From an uncultured Verrucomicrobiales bacterium (GTDB lineage Bacteria; Verrucomicrobiota; Verrucomicrobiia; Verrucomicrobiales; DEV007), in NCBI GenBank assembly GCA_938091905.1, contig CALKOM010000098.1, positions 1-39,385 on the forward strand: a DNA stretch of 39,385 bases, given 5' to 3'. Below the pieces are notes generated by a model, which saw nothing but the letters and a program-made list of their open reading frames with translations, did no database searches and was not told where the DNA came from. The position numbers and the translations under genes are program-made. Each line of letters starts with the position of its first letter. The first letter of the stretch is position 1. Below, piece after piece: positions 17,864 to 27,360 of the stretch.

Positions 17864-20800
17864 ATGAAGTTATCGGAACGTCTCTTCCGTCGCGCCCGCC
17901 CATCCTGCCCCCAGTCTACCAATCTCACGCCCACAAAGGATCGTGGGGTCGCCTTAGTCACCGTCATGACCCTGCTCTCGGTCCTCGCGACTCTCTCGAT
18001 TGCCATCTTCATGTTAGCCGGGCAAGAGCAACGCCCCTCCACCGCCTATGCAGACAGTGTGTGGGTAAGGAACTCGCAGACATTCCCTGAATCTTGTCTT
18101 GGGACAGATCCGAGAAGCGACCCGACCAGATCGGGAGAAATCGCTCTACGGCCAAGACATCCCGTCGCTCTGGGCCTCGCAACCCGGGATGCTGTGGACC
18201 TACAAAGCTAAAGGTGGCTTCGCCGAAGCCTTCAAGCTCTACTCCTCCCGCAATCTCCGCGTGAGCGATTCTCTAGCACTGCTCAATTACGCGGAGCTAA
18301 TCCGCAGTTGGGAATCACAACCTCACCGATTCGATGACATCAACCGACCGGCAATCACCTAAGATGTGAATGGGAGGGTTAAAGACCGACACTTTTCTAT
18401 CCTCGACCCAAGAGCCCATGACCTCGACAAGATAGCGGACTTCGCTTACGACGAGTTTCCGGGCAACCGCGAGTCCGAACGTCTTCCCATGCGCATAGAA
18501 TGGTTCTACATGCTCAGGGACGGGCTGTTGGGTTCACTCAATACCTCCGGCGAGTTCACGAGCAGCGATCCCAAAACCAAGGATCGTGATAGGAATCCGA
18601 TCGTCGCTCGCATCGCGTTCTGGACAGATGAAGAGACGAACAAGATCAATATCAACACAGCGCCCGAACGTCTTCCTCGGACGAAACCGTTCGCTGCCAC
18701 CGAAGAGGGAAAGCGTTATGCTCAAATCCAGCCGGCCACCAATAAAGTGCAGCGCTATCCAGGGCATCCTGCGACGACCTGCCTGAGTAGCATCTTCTAT
18801 CCTGGCAAATACGTTGATGGGACGGCAACTCCAAGCTCTCCATCGCTGAGCTTCGCGCCATCACCGACCTCGCGCCCAAGGTGTGCTTTGGCGGGACAGA
18901 AGATGGGACTGGAGAAGCGGGCACCGCAATCGAGCTCGACCTCGATCGCCTCTACGTTTCCGTTGATGACGCCATCTTCAACGCCGATCGCGACGATACG
19001 TCGCATTAGTTAATCTGTTAGCCAACGGCAAAGGCAAGCTCAACCGCGCGCGCGGTATGCTCACTACCCGCAGCTACGCACCGGAACTCAATGTGCACGG
19101 ACACCCACGCATTAGCCTATGGACCATTCATGAGGATGATTGAGACGCCACAGGCACCACCTACGATTAAACTCTCGCCTTCGCATCGACCCTAAGGAAC
19201 GGGCAAGACCGCTACTACTTTCAACGTGCCGACCACTCCTCACGCCACGGCGAATACTACCGCCGGGCCAAACGCGCAAACGTGGATCTCTTCATGTATC
19301 TCATGATACCAAGTCTACCGCTCCGTGCCTGGCTACGGTGATTCCTGCGCGACCAAATACGGGGCCACGCGAAACGCGCCCTTCAAAGAATCCTACTATC
19401 GTAACACGAATGAATACAAGTTAGACCACTTTGCCATTCCTCTCATGATGTTCGACTACATCCGCGGAGTGAACTTACACGACGGCAACGTCGACGAACC
19501 CTACGTACCCTTGAACAGCGATGACAGCAGTTTATTCGGACAGATCGCCGGCATCAACTTGATCGGGCAGAACCTTTCTAGTGATAACGGCAGTTTGCAA
19601 CAAGACCGGAACTGGCACCGCGAAACCCTCGAACCTCGCAGACCGGGTCGTCTATTCACGCTATCAGAAGCCGCGCTCGTTATCTACAAGACAGCCTCCA
19701 GTCGCGTGGTATCGTGGTCCGAAGGATCTGGCCCTCTATTCGAAGACTTAGGCGGCCAGCAAGGCGATGGTAACGTCGTCAAACGAATCGTGACCAATGA
19801 ACATCCCAAACACGCTTCTTGGATCGGCAGCGAGTACTGTCGGCCGCGTCTTCTCCTTCATTGAGGTCGGCATGCTGCCCGAAATCTTCAGTGTGAGTCA
19901 AGGCTTCCACCAGATTCGTCCCAAGCTAAGCATGCGTTTATTAACCGGCGGCGAAGGCTATCAAGGTAGATATTCGATGAACTGACCGGACTTCGTCTAA
20001 ACGGCGTCCCCCTCCAGCTTTGGAGGCGCAGTGACGATGCTAGAGACAATCGGATTCGACGCCCCGTGGTCATGACCACCAATCCAGCCAGTCGCGACAT
20101 CCGTGGAGATCTTCCAGCTGGTTAGTACGGCATGGGCGGAACCGGTGACTACCGCATCATGCGGTTCGGAGAATTCCAAGTCGGTGAAGACGATCACGGT
20201 TGGAACGGCAGACAATTCCTGGCCAACGGCGACGGCCCCTGCGTGCCTTCTATTGTCAGACACCAGTGGTCGTACGGGACGACGAACAAATAGCCCTTCA
20301 GCAAGACAACCTCATCCGATTAGTTATGTATGACACCGTCGGCACGGCGGCCACGGGCACATGAACTATCCTCTAAGTCTTTAACCTACGCTAGGCAGAG
20401 CCTGGAAAGCTCCTAACTCTCAAACAACCAGAAATGAATTCCGGAGACTACCGCGGCCGGACTCGTCGCTTCAATCGTGCGGCACATGCTAATGCTCGTA
20501 AGAATCCCGTCGACGTCCTCGCAGGAGAGCATGAGCTTTTCAAAGGTTTTACTGTTAGTCATGGCGAATACCGTCTCGTTGCCAGCAAGCGCCACGTGCC
20601 CAGCGAGCTCTATCGTCGCCACCCCAGATTCCTAAGTCACTCTGCATCTCACTCCCCCACTTGGGTCCTACCTCAGGGAACAAACGTCTCCTTTCAGGCT
20701 ACGTTTGCCGATGATCTCTTGGGCCGCAGCATTGTCGAAGACGTCGATTACGGAAGTGGCAATCGTCCTGACTTCACCTTTGATACCCAAGACCGGAAAA

Positions 20801-21226
20801 ACTTCGCCCCTTTGTTAAGTTCCAGCTACCGCTTCCCCATCGATCCTAGCATCACGCGAGATTTCGATACCGATGTGGGTGCCGCGACGGACGGAGCCTA
20901 CGTCAATAAGGCTGACGACGGAGCCGATGACGGCACTGGGACCAGTATCTTCAACCTCTTGTATCCGTATTACAATGCAGGGGATCGGGGCGAGACCGAG
21001 AGCTACGAAGACCGCAACAAAGGCAATTTCTCGCCCAATCGCATGGTCGCTTCTCCCGTGACGTTCGGGTCTCTTCCCAGCACTAGCCAAGCCAATGCCC
21101 CTTCGACCACCCTTCTATTCCGCCCAACGCCCCAACTAACTTGATCACAAGAAAGAGCCCAGAGAGAAATCACTCGAATATCACTACCAATACCGTGTCG
21201 TTGCCGTTCGACAATTTGCCCATTGA
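17864..21226 (+). pseudogene. Verru_Chthon cassette protein A, heavily fragmented
   Basis: Pilin-like RGVALVTVMTLL; WASQPG, FKLYSS, LPMRIEWFYMLRDG, NPIVARIAFWTDEETNKININTA, QRYPGHPATTCLS, DRLYVSVDD, FSPNRMVASPVTFGSLP and TLLFRP spread over many frames. Terminal piece YRVVAVRQFAH* ends at 21226. Confidence 0.85.
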
Positions 21227-21319
21227 GCGAGAGAATTTGCATTCGACCTCATCAAACAGCGATGAGGTTCTCCTGATTGGAAGGTGTCTAACCTCCTAGC
21301 CCAGAAAGAGTTCAGCCTT

Positions 21320-21347
21320 GAGCCTCACCGGTTTCCCGGTGAGGCTC
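21320..21347 (-). terminator. Stable hairpin, probable terminator of the large LamG protein gene
   Basis: Perfect 12-bp stem GAGCCTCACCGG/CCGGTGAGGCTC with a GAAA loop on the minus strand; U-tract is weak. Confidence 0.6.
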
Positions 21348-21393
21348 GGTGCTAAATGCTCTATGTTAGTTAAGTAAAGCAGGGCGGGCCGCC

Positions 21394-24300
21394 TTACTTC
21401 TTCACAACTCGGTAGAAGGCCACGGGGCCATCGTTTGCCACGCTAATGCTGGTAGACGCACTGTCAGCGGTAACGCTGTCTACCACGGTCCATTCGATCA
21501 AGTCCGTGCTGTGCTCGACATCATACTCCACGCCTGGCTCTGAACTGAAGTTGATGTTCGTTGTGTCTCCATCGCCAAGGACGACCTCGCCAATGGTCGA
21601 TGGACGTTCGTCCGGGTTCGGATTTGGGTTCGGATCACCCGTTGCAGGGGAAGCGATTGCATAGACGTTATCCATGTTGTTCCAGTTGTGCAGGGCAATG
21701 CGAATCTGATAGTTGCCCGCTGGCAGGTTTGTCGCCACGGCTTCACCGGTGCTCCAAACCTCAGACGGCTGGGGCTCCCCCGAGGTATCAACAACGACTT
21801 CAGGAGATAGCAAGCTCTCTCCGGCCGCATCATAGATGCCGACCGTGGATGGATCAGCCCCATCATGCCCACTGCGATTCGCAAAAGACGCCCCAAAGGT
21901 GACATTGGAAGCTTCTGTGAGGGTGAAGTTCTGGAAGATCTCAAAGACGCCGTTGAGATCCAGGACTTGGGATCCATCCGCTGCGGTGTTCACACCGTTG
22001 TCGTACGGCGTGCCATCATTACGAATGACGTTCCACGTAGCAGGATCACCGGTCTGACTCCAGCCCGTAGGTACGACTCCGAGGTTGTTCTGGTTGATAT
22101 TATCAACAGCCGGTTCTTCGAAGGAGCCGTTGACGACAACGTCTACGCCTTCTTTTAATCCTTCGAAGATCGCTTGGATCTGCTCGTCCGTCAGCGCTCG
22201 ATTGTAGATGGTCACGTCATCAATCGCGCCCTCGAAGTTCCGGTTGTCCCCACAGCAAGCATCCTTACCAAGATACCAGACAGTCGGACTCCCTTGCTCC
22301 AGATGCTCGATCTCGTTGACAGCAGAGTCTAACGTTCCACCAGCCCCAACGTAGAGCTTGCCTTGATCCGGTGTCACCGTAAGTGCGATGAAGGTCCACT
22401 CATTTGCTGGAACTGCTAGTCCACTCACAAAGTTGTAGGTGTTTGCGTTGTCATCATTCCAGGTATAGGTCAGCTCTCCCGAACCCGCACGAAAACCCAT
22501 ACCAATGGGCTGCACGCCATCTCGCGATTGGATCAAGCCAGTCCAATCTTCAGTTGGAACGCCATTGACCCATCCAGTCACCGTGATCTCAGTGAAGGTC
22601 TCATTGAGTGCAGGGAGCTCAACATTGCTCCCACCGCCAGCTTCACCGGTGAGTTCCACTGCGTTGTCTCCAGCGGCACCGGTATGTCCACCGACCCACG
22701 TTCCTCCATTCACCACACCGTTGAGCGCGGCATTCGTCGCTTCCGCAACTTCAGTTCCTTGGCCCTCATTCAGGTTCCAGTAAGCTATTGGGGTCGCCTG
22801 CCCTGCCGGCGGAGGCGGGATCGCTCTGCTACCAGGTTCAGCATACATGCCTTCGATCTGTTCGGCACTCAAAGCCACCTCGTAGATCTGGAAGTCATCG
22901 ATTACACCAGTAAGACCAAACAAACCCGCAGTCGCCCCGATCTGAAAAGGGGCCACTGTGTTGATGGGATAACCGCTAGCATTCTCTTCGGAGGCATTGA
23001 GAACGCCATTCACGTAGATCTCCACGTCTGCTGCGCCATCTTCGTCAGCGTCTGCGTAGGTGTAGACCACGTGGTAGACTTCACCTGGATTGAGGAAGCC
23101 ATCTGAAATAAGCGTTTCGCTGGTTGCTTCACTCGTCCAAGTCACCGAGTCCGAGTCACCAGAGGACTCAAAGAAGACGGCATAAGGATTCGCCGGGCTC
23201 GTGCTTCGACTGAAGAGGACGGAAGCGGTGCCGACATCAGCGGGATCCTGCTTGACCCAGAAGGAATAACTCCCGATAGCCAACGTCGGTAATCCAACGT
23301 CTGAGGGGATTTCTGCATAAGCAGCATCGTCGCCTTCGACCAAAGCTACGCCCGTTCCGGTGCCGACCAAGGATTCTGCCCCTAATGTGACACTGCCAGA
23401 ACCAGCAACGTAGTTTCCATTGAAGCCGTTTCCAGACGAGTCTTCCAACACCGTGCCATCAGTCTCGTCCATTTTGTAGTGTGCGACCAAGCCATTGGCG
23501 TTTTTGATCTGGCCGATCAATGGAATGCGTGAAGTCGCTTGGACAACATCATTGCTAGTGATTTCCAGGAATCCACGATAGATCCCAACATCGTCCGATG
23601 GGTTGAAGGTCACCGTGACCGCAATCTCTTCGCCCGATGCCAGTACGTCAGGAATGGCCGAGACGGTGAAGTTCGCGGCCTGGTCGCCAGAGATCGTTGT
23701 GTTGCTGACGTTCAAGGTGTTCGCAGCTCCTGGATTGAGCATGCGCACCGTGATTTCTTGAGGCCCAGGGTTGCCGTCAAAGACACCGAAGTCGACCCGC
23801 TCGGGAATCGGTAGAAGGCTAGGATCGCCTGGCTCGAGGCGTTCGATTTGGAAACCACCAATGGCACCGCCGCCACCGAGTTGACGTCCCACAATGGTGA
23901 GCGTGTCGCCCTCCAGATTCTTGAGATGCAGATAGTTGCCGACGCCTCCAGCGACTTCGACGAAGGTACCACCGAAAGGTGTGATTTCGTCTACCGTGTA
24001 AAGTTCCTCATTGATGGTAAACGTTCCGCCGCCTTCATCCGAACTGAGATACAAGTAGAGGTCGTAAAGTGGGTAGGCGATGTTGCTGACGGTGATCTCC
24101 GTGGCGACGTTGTCACCGCCTTCATCCTCTCCACGCGGGAAGAGGTTACCGTGCATCAGCTGGGCATTGCCGTCACCCGCAGCGGGCTCGTCGCCCGCAA
24201 TAGCCGGGCCGTTTGTTTGCCAGCTCACACGCAACAAGGAGGGCTCGCCCTCTGCGTTGTTCGCAATGGTAGGACCGCCTGAACCGTTGGCGAAATTGTT

Positions 24301-25482
24301 CCAATTCTCCTGAGGAGACACCCCAGCGCTAGCCGTGACCATGGCCCCAGCACTATCGGCAGTACCACCGATAAAGTTGCCCCCTAGCAGTATTGCCCCA
24401 CCTCGTGCAGGTTTGGAATCCGCAAGCAGCGGATCCGTTCCCGCAGCCACTTCGGCCTGATCTTCGAAACGGTCACCATCCGTGTCCCGATTCTTCGGAT
24501 CCGTCCTGTAAGTGGCGATCTCCGCGCCATCAAGCAAGGTGTCGCCATCGACGTCTGGATTCAAAGGATCCAAACCTTCGGCCTCGGTGTCGACGTTGTC
24601 ATTTAGGCCATCACCATCCGTATCTGCAAGTTGTGGATGGGTTCCTAACTCGAACTCTTGGAAGTTTGTGATCGTGTCGCCATCTGGATCCTCACCACCA
24701 TCGTCCACATCGGGATCCAAGCCACGAGCCACCCCACGATCGGTGCCGGTCTCCCAGTCAGCCGGAATCTTATCGCCATCTGGATCGAGTGCCGTGAGCG
24801 ATTCCAAACGCACGTTGTCAAAGTGTGAGCGTCCACCGGCGTTGTCATCGCCCAAGAAGATCAGAATGTTCCCTGATGGTGGATCGTCATCCGTGATGAA
24901 CTCCACCGTCACATCAGTGAACGATTTCTGAACGGAGTCGTTCAGAGAGACGGACTCAACGCGTGCATGCGCTGACTCAAGCAGCGAATCGATCTCGAGC
25001 TGATTGTTCGTGTCCGTACCAGCGAGTGGGTTTGTGTCGGAGGGGTCTTGCTCGGTAGCGGTCAATCCGATGACTGTGAACGCTTCCGCACCCGACTGAT
25101 TGGGATTGCGATAGCCCACGCCGACCGTCAGCGTGTAGGCAGTGTTAGCCTCAAAGGGAATGCCCAGATTCTGCGTCATGTAGAACCCCCCAGCGGTTCC
25201 GATGTGCTGGGTGCCCTCAGATTGGAAGCCCCCGATTAGCTCAATGAACTTGTCGCCAGTTTCAGCACCGACCCACTGAGCTTGATCGGCAGCTAGCGAT
25301 GGATCGACGATATTGTTCGTCCAGGTGTTGCCACCACCACCCAGAGGCGGCTGTTCGAAACTGGCGTTGTTAACTTCAATTGGGGCAGCAAAGGCTGAAA
25401 GACTAGCACTAAGCAAAAAAGCAAATGCCAGCCACAATGCCCAAGACTTACCCTTGGAAGGAGGTCGTAGGTTGGTTCTCAT
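21394..25482 (-). CDS. Large secreted multidomain protein: CBM-like domains, DxDxDG (TSP3-like) repeats, Ig-like domain, two LamG-like jellyrolls
   Basis: Signal peptide ending AFA; NASFEQP/NGSFEEP CBM-like starts; repeated DPDGD/DTDGD; LVAHYKMDE...GVIDDFQIYEVALS and IAYWNLNE...GAIDDVTIYNRALT; C-terminal HSTDLIEW...FYRV. Confidence 0.85.
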   Translation of the reverse strand: MRTNLRPPSKGKSWALWLAFAFLLSASLSAFAAPIEVNNASFEQPPLGGGGNTWTNNIVDPSLAADQAQWVGAETGDKFIELIGGFQSEGTQHIGTAGGFYMTQNLGIPFEANTAYTLTVGVGYRNPNQSGAEAFTVIGLTATEQDPSDTNPLAGTDTNNQLEIDSLLESAHARVESVSLNDSVQKSFTDVTVEFITDDDPPSGNILIFLGDDNAGGRSHFDNVRLESLTALDPDGDKIPADWETGTDRGVARGLDPDVDDGGEDPDGDTITNFQEFELGTHPQLADTDGDGLNDNVDTEAEGLDPLNPDVDGDTLLDGAEIATYRTDPKNRDTDGDRFEDQAEVAAGTDPLLADSKPARGGAILLGGNFIGGTADSAGAMVTASAGVSPQENWNNFANGSGGPTIANNAEGEPSLLRVSWQTNGPAIAGDEPAAGDGNAQLMHGNLFPRGEDEGGDNVATEITVSNIAYPLYDLYLYLSSDEGGGTFTINEELYTVDEITPFGGTFVEVAGGVGNYLHLKNLEGDTLTIVGRQLGGGGAIGGFQIERLEPGDPSLLPIPERVDFGVFDGNPGPQEITVRMLNPGAANTLNVSNTTISGDQAANFTVSAIPDVLASGEEIAVTVTFNPSDDVGIYRGFLEITSNDVVQATSRIPLIGQIKNANGLVAHYKMDETDGTVLEDSSGNGFNGNYVAGSGSVTLGAESLVGTGTGVALVEGDDAAYAEIPSDVGLPTLAIGSYSFWVKQDPADVGTASVLFSRSTSPANPYAVFFESSGDSDSVTWTSEATSETLISDGFLNPGEVYHVVYTYADADEDGAADVEIYVNGVLNASEENASGYPINTVAPFQIGATAGLFGLTGVIDDFQIYEVALSAEQIEGMYAEPGSRAIPPPPAGQATPIAYWNLNEGQGTEVAEATNAALNGVVNGGTWVGGHTGAAGDNAVELTGEAGGGSNVELPALNETFTEITVTGWVNGVPTEDWTGLIQSRDGVQPIGMGFRAGSGELTYTWNDDNANTYNFVSGLAVPANEWTFIALTVTPDQGKLYVGAGGTLDSAVNEIEHLEQGSPTVWYLGKDACCGDNRNFEGAIDDVTIYNRALTDEQIQAIFEGLKEGVDVVVNGSFEEPAVDNINQNNLGVVPTGWSQTGDPATWNVIRNDGTPYDNGVNTAADGSQVLDLNGVFEIFQNFTLTEASNVTFGASFANRSGHDGADPSTVGIYDAAGESLLSPEVVVDTSGEPQPSEVWSTGEAVATNLPAGNYQIRIALHNWNNMDNVYAIASPATGDPNPNPNPDERPSTIGEVVLGDGDTTNINFSSEPGVEYDVEHSTDLIEWTVVDSVTADSASTSISVANDGPVAFYRVVKK

Positions 25483-25614
25483 TGGGTTGGGGTATTAGGG
25501 TTACTACTTGTGAAGTCGCCACCAGATGGGCAGGACCACCTAAACGTTAATAGACCTCACAATCTTGGTGCAATCCCTAATCTTGGTGAATCCCTAATCT
25601 TCCCATCCCCCCAG

Positions 25615-27339
25615 CTAGGGAGAGGTATACGATTTCCCAGCGCGATATTTGCGCAGCCCCTGCTGGATGCCCTCCCACAAGGCGCGGTTTCCCTGCCTCT
25701 TGGCCAAATCAGCGGCTTTCTCAGCAACCTGTGCGGCCTGTTTGAAATCCCCAGACTCCGCATATCCTGCTGCCAAGGTGTCAAGAATCGCTGGGTCGGT
25801 ATGTTTCGTGAGCGCCGCAGCCTTACTTGCCCAACGCACGGCTTCCTTCCCATCCCGGATCGCTGGGTCTGGATGCGCAGCGAGTTGCCACGCGAGATTA
25901 TTGAGGACCAGCGTTGCCGTTTCGTCTTCCTTCAGCGCTGCTCGGTACGCCCCTAGGGATTCCTTCGCCCGCCCCCTTTTCATGAGGGCATCGCCGATCC
26001 AGGTCAATAGCTTGCTATACTCGGTGCCTCGCTCGCGATAGACCGGTCGTGCACGTGTGGCCAATTCAATCGCTGCCTCGAGCTGGTCGTGATCCATCAG
26101 ATCGATCGCTAAACCCAATGGGTCGAGCGGCTGAGGTCGAAACATCCACCGCCCTGCGAAAGGCAGGCTCGCGTCATGGCGAGATTCCAAGCTTAACGAA
26201 ACACCTTTGGCATCGGCCAACACCTGGGAAGGCATCACGGCCCCTTGATACATCGCCAGGAGGTTCCCCTCCTGATCCAACAAAGCGCTCGTTGGCACGG
26301 GCAAGGGCCAACACGGCCCATACAAGACGGCATAGGCCAGCTCAAGACGCCGTACGAGCTCAGCGGACGCGCGTCCTCCTTCGAAAGGCGGCTTGAGTTT
26401 CTGATAGAACGTCGCCGGATCCCCATCCGAGAGTTCTGGGGAGGCCAGACCATCGACCGACAGCGGTAACACCGTGATCCCCGCCACCTCGAATGCCCGG
26501 GCACTCTGTGAAAACGCCTGGAGTTCTGCTAGGCACGGCTGGCACCAGGTCGCCCACAGGTTCACCAATGTCAGGCCATCCGTTTGGGTCCCCGCATGTT
26601 TCTTCTCGCCTGCAAAGGTCGTGTAAGGAAGACGAGGGAGGGGAGGCCTCGAAGCACTTACTGCTCTCACGCTTGTCCCAGGAGGTGCCAGATTCAGCTG
26701 GAGCTGCTGATGCTGGGCGACATTAGGCGAGGCATCCTCCTGACCCGCGCCTTTCCCTTCTACCAGGTGGTAGCGCTTGTTCAAGGTCACGCCCGCGAAG
26801 GACTCGACCTTTCCGCTCGCCCACTTGACGAGGATCTCTTCGAGGACAGGCGCGTTCCCCAATCCGAAATGGAGCCACTTGCTCGACTGAGAAAGGAAGC
26901 CTTCTCCTGCTTTGAGCGTTTGGGTAAGGGTCTTGCCGTTGGTTAGGCGAATCTCCACTCGACTGCCGATGCCATCGCGATTCGTCTGGGTCCCTTGAAG
27001 ACGCAGTGCTAACCAAGCATTCTCGTGCGTGCCGTTGTTCCTAGCAAAGCGCAGCATGGGTGCCGTGCGATTGACCATCCAAAGATCGAGATCACCATCA
27101 CGGTCCCAATCAACCAAGGCGGGCGCTCTTGCATCATCCTCAAAGTCTAATCCGAACGCCGCACTCGCCGTGGCAAAGCGACGCTCACCGTTCGCACCGC
27201 TCACGTTGAGAAAAGCGCAGTTGCGCTCATGCCCACTCAGCCCAACGCCCTGGTCTATCAAAGCGTCTAGCTCCGCCAATCTCTTTGCCAGTGCGCTTTC
27301 GCGATCAATGATCTCCGCAGTCAACGGCGATGACGGCAC
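25615..27339 (-). CDS. ASPIC/UnbV domain + TlpA-like thioredoxin + TPR (probably the C-terminal part of a UGA-readthrough protein spanning 25615-29007)
   Basis: DWDRDGDLDL blade; NRDGIGSRV...GEGFLSQSSKWLHFGLG (UnbV); VNLWATWCQPCLAEL (CxxC); LNNLAWQLA...LDTLAAGYAESGDF (TPR). Confidence 0.85.
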   Translation of the reverse strand: MPSSPLTAEIIDRESALAKRLAELDALIDQGVGLSGHERNCAFLNVSGANGERRFATASAAFGLDFEDDARAPALVDWDRDGDLDLWMVNRTAPMLRFARNNGTHENAWLALRLQGTQTNRDGIGSRVEIRLTNGKTLTQTLKAGEGFLSQSSKWLHFGLGNAPVLEEILVKWASGKVESFAGVTLNKRYHLVEGKGAGQEDASPNVAQHQQLQLNLAPPGTSVRAVSASRPPLPRLPYTTFAGEKKHAGTQTDGLTLVNLWATWCQPCLAELQAFSQSARAFEVAGITVLPLSVDGLASPELSDGDPATFYQKLKPPFEGGRASAELVRRLELAYAVLYGPCWPLPVPTSALLDQEGNLLAMYQGAVMPSQVLADAKGVSLSLESRHDASLPFAGRWMFRPQPLDPLGLAIDLMDHDQLEAAIELATRARPVYRERGTEYSKLLTWIGDALMKRGRAKESLGAYRAALKEDETATLVLNNLAWQLAAHPDPAIRDGKEAVRWASKAAALTKHTDPAILDTLAAGYAESGDFKQAAQVAEKAADLAKRQGNRALWEGIQQGLRKYRAGKSYTSP

Positions 27340-27351
27340 GACCTGCCGCCA
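27331..27351 (-). promoter_or_regulatory. Candidate bacterial SECIS hairpin
   Basis: mRNA reads UGA-AGUUUUUAC-UGGCGGCA-GGUCG-UGCCGUCA: 8-bp stem (one G-U pair) and a 5-nt loop starting GGUC, with 17 nt between UGA and loop. Confidence 0.6.
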
Positions 27352-27360
27352 GTAAAAACT

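Noticed and set aside
24420..24800. Repeated GATCC/CCATC-rich motifs as a DNA repeat or CRISPR
   Set aside because: Explained by the encoded DxDxDG repeats; there are no identical repeats with unique spacers.
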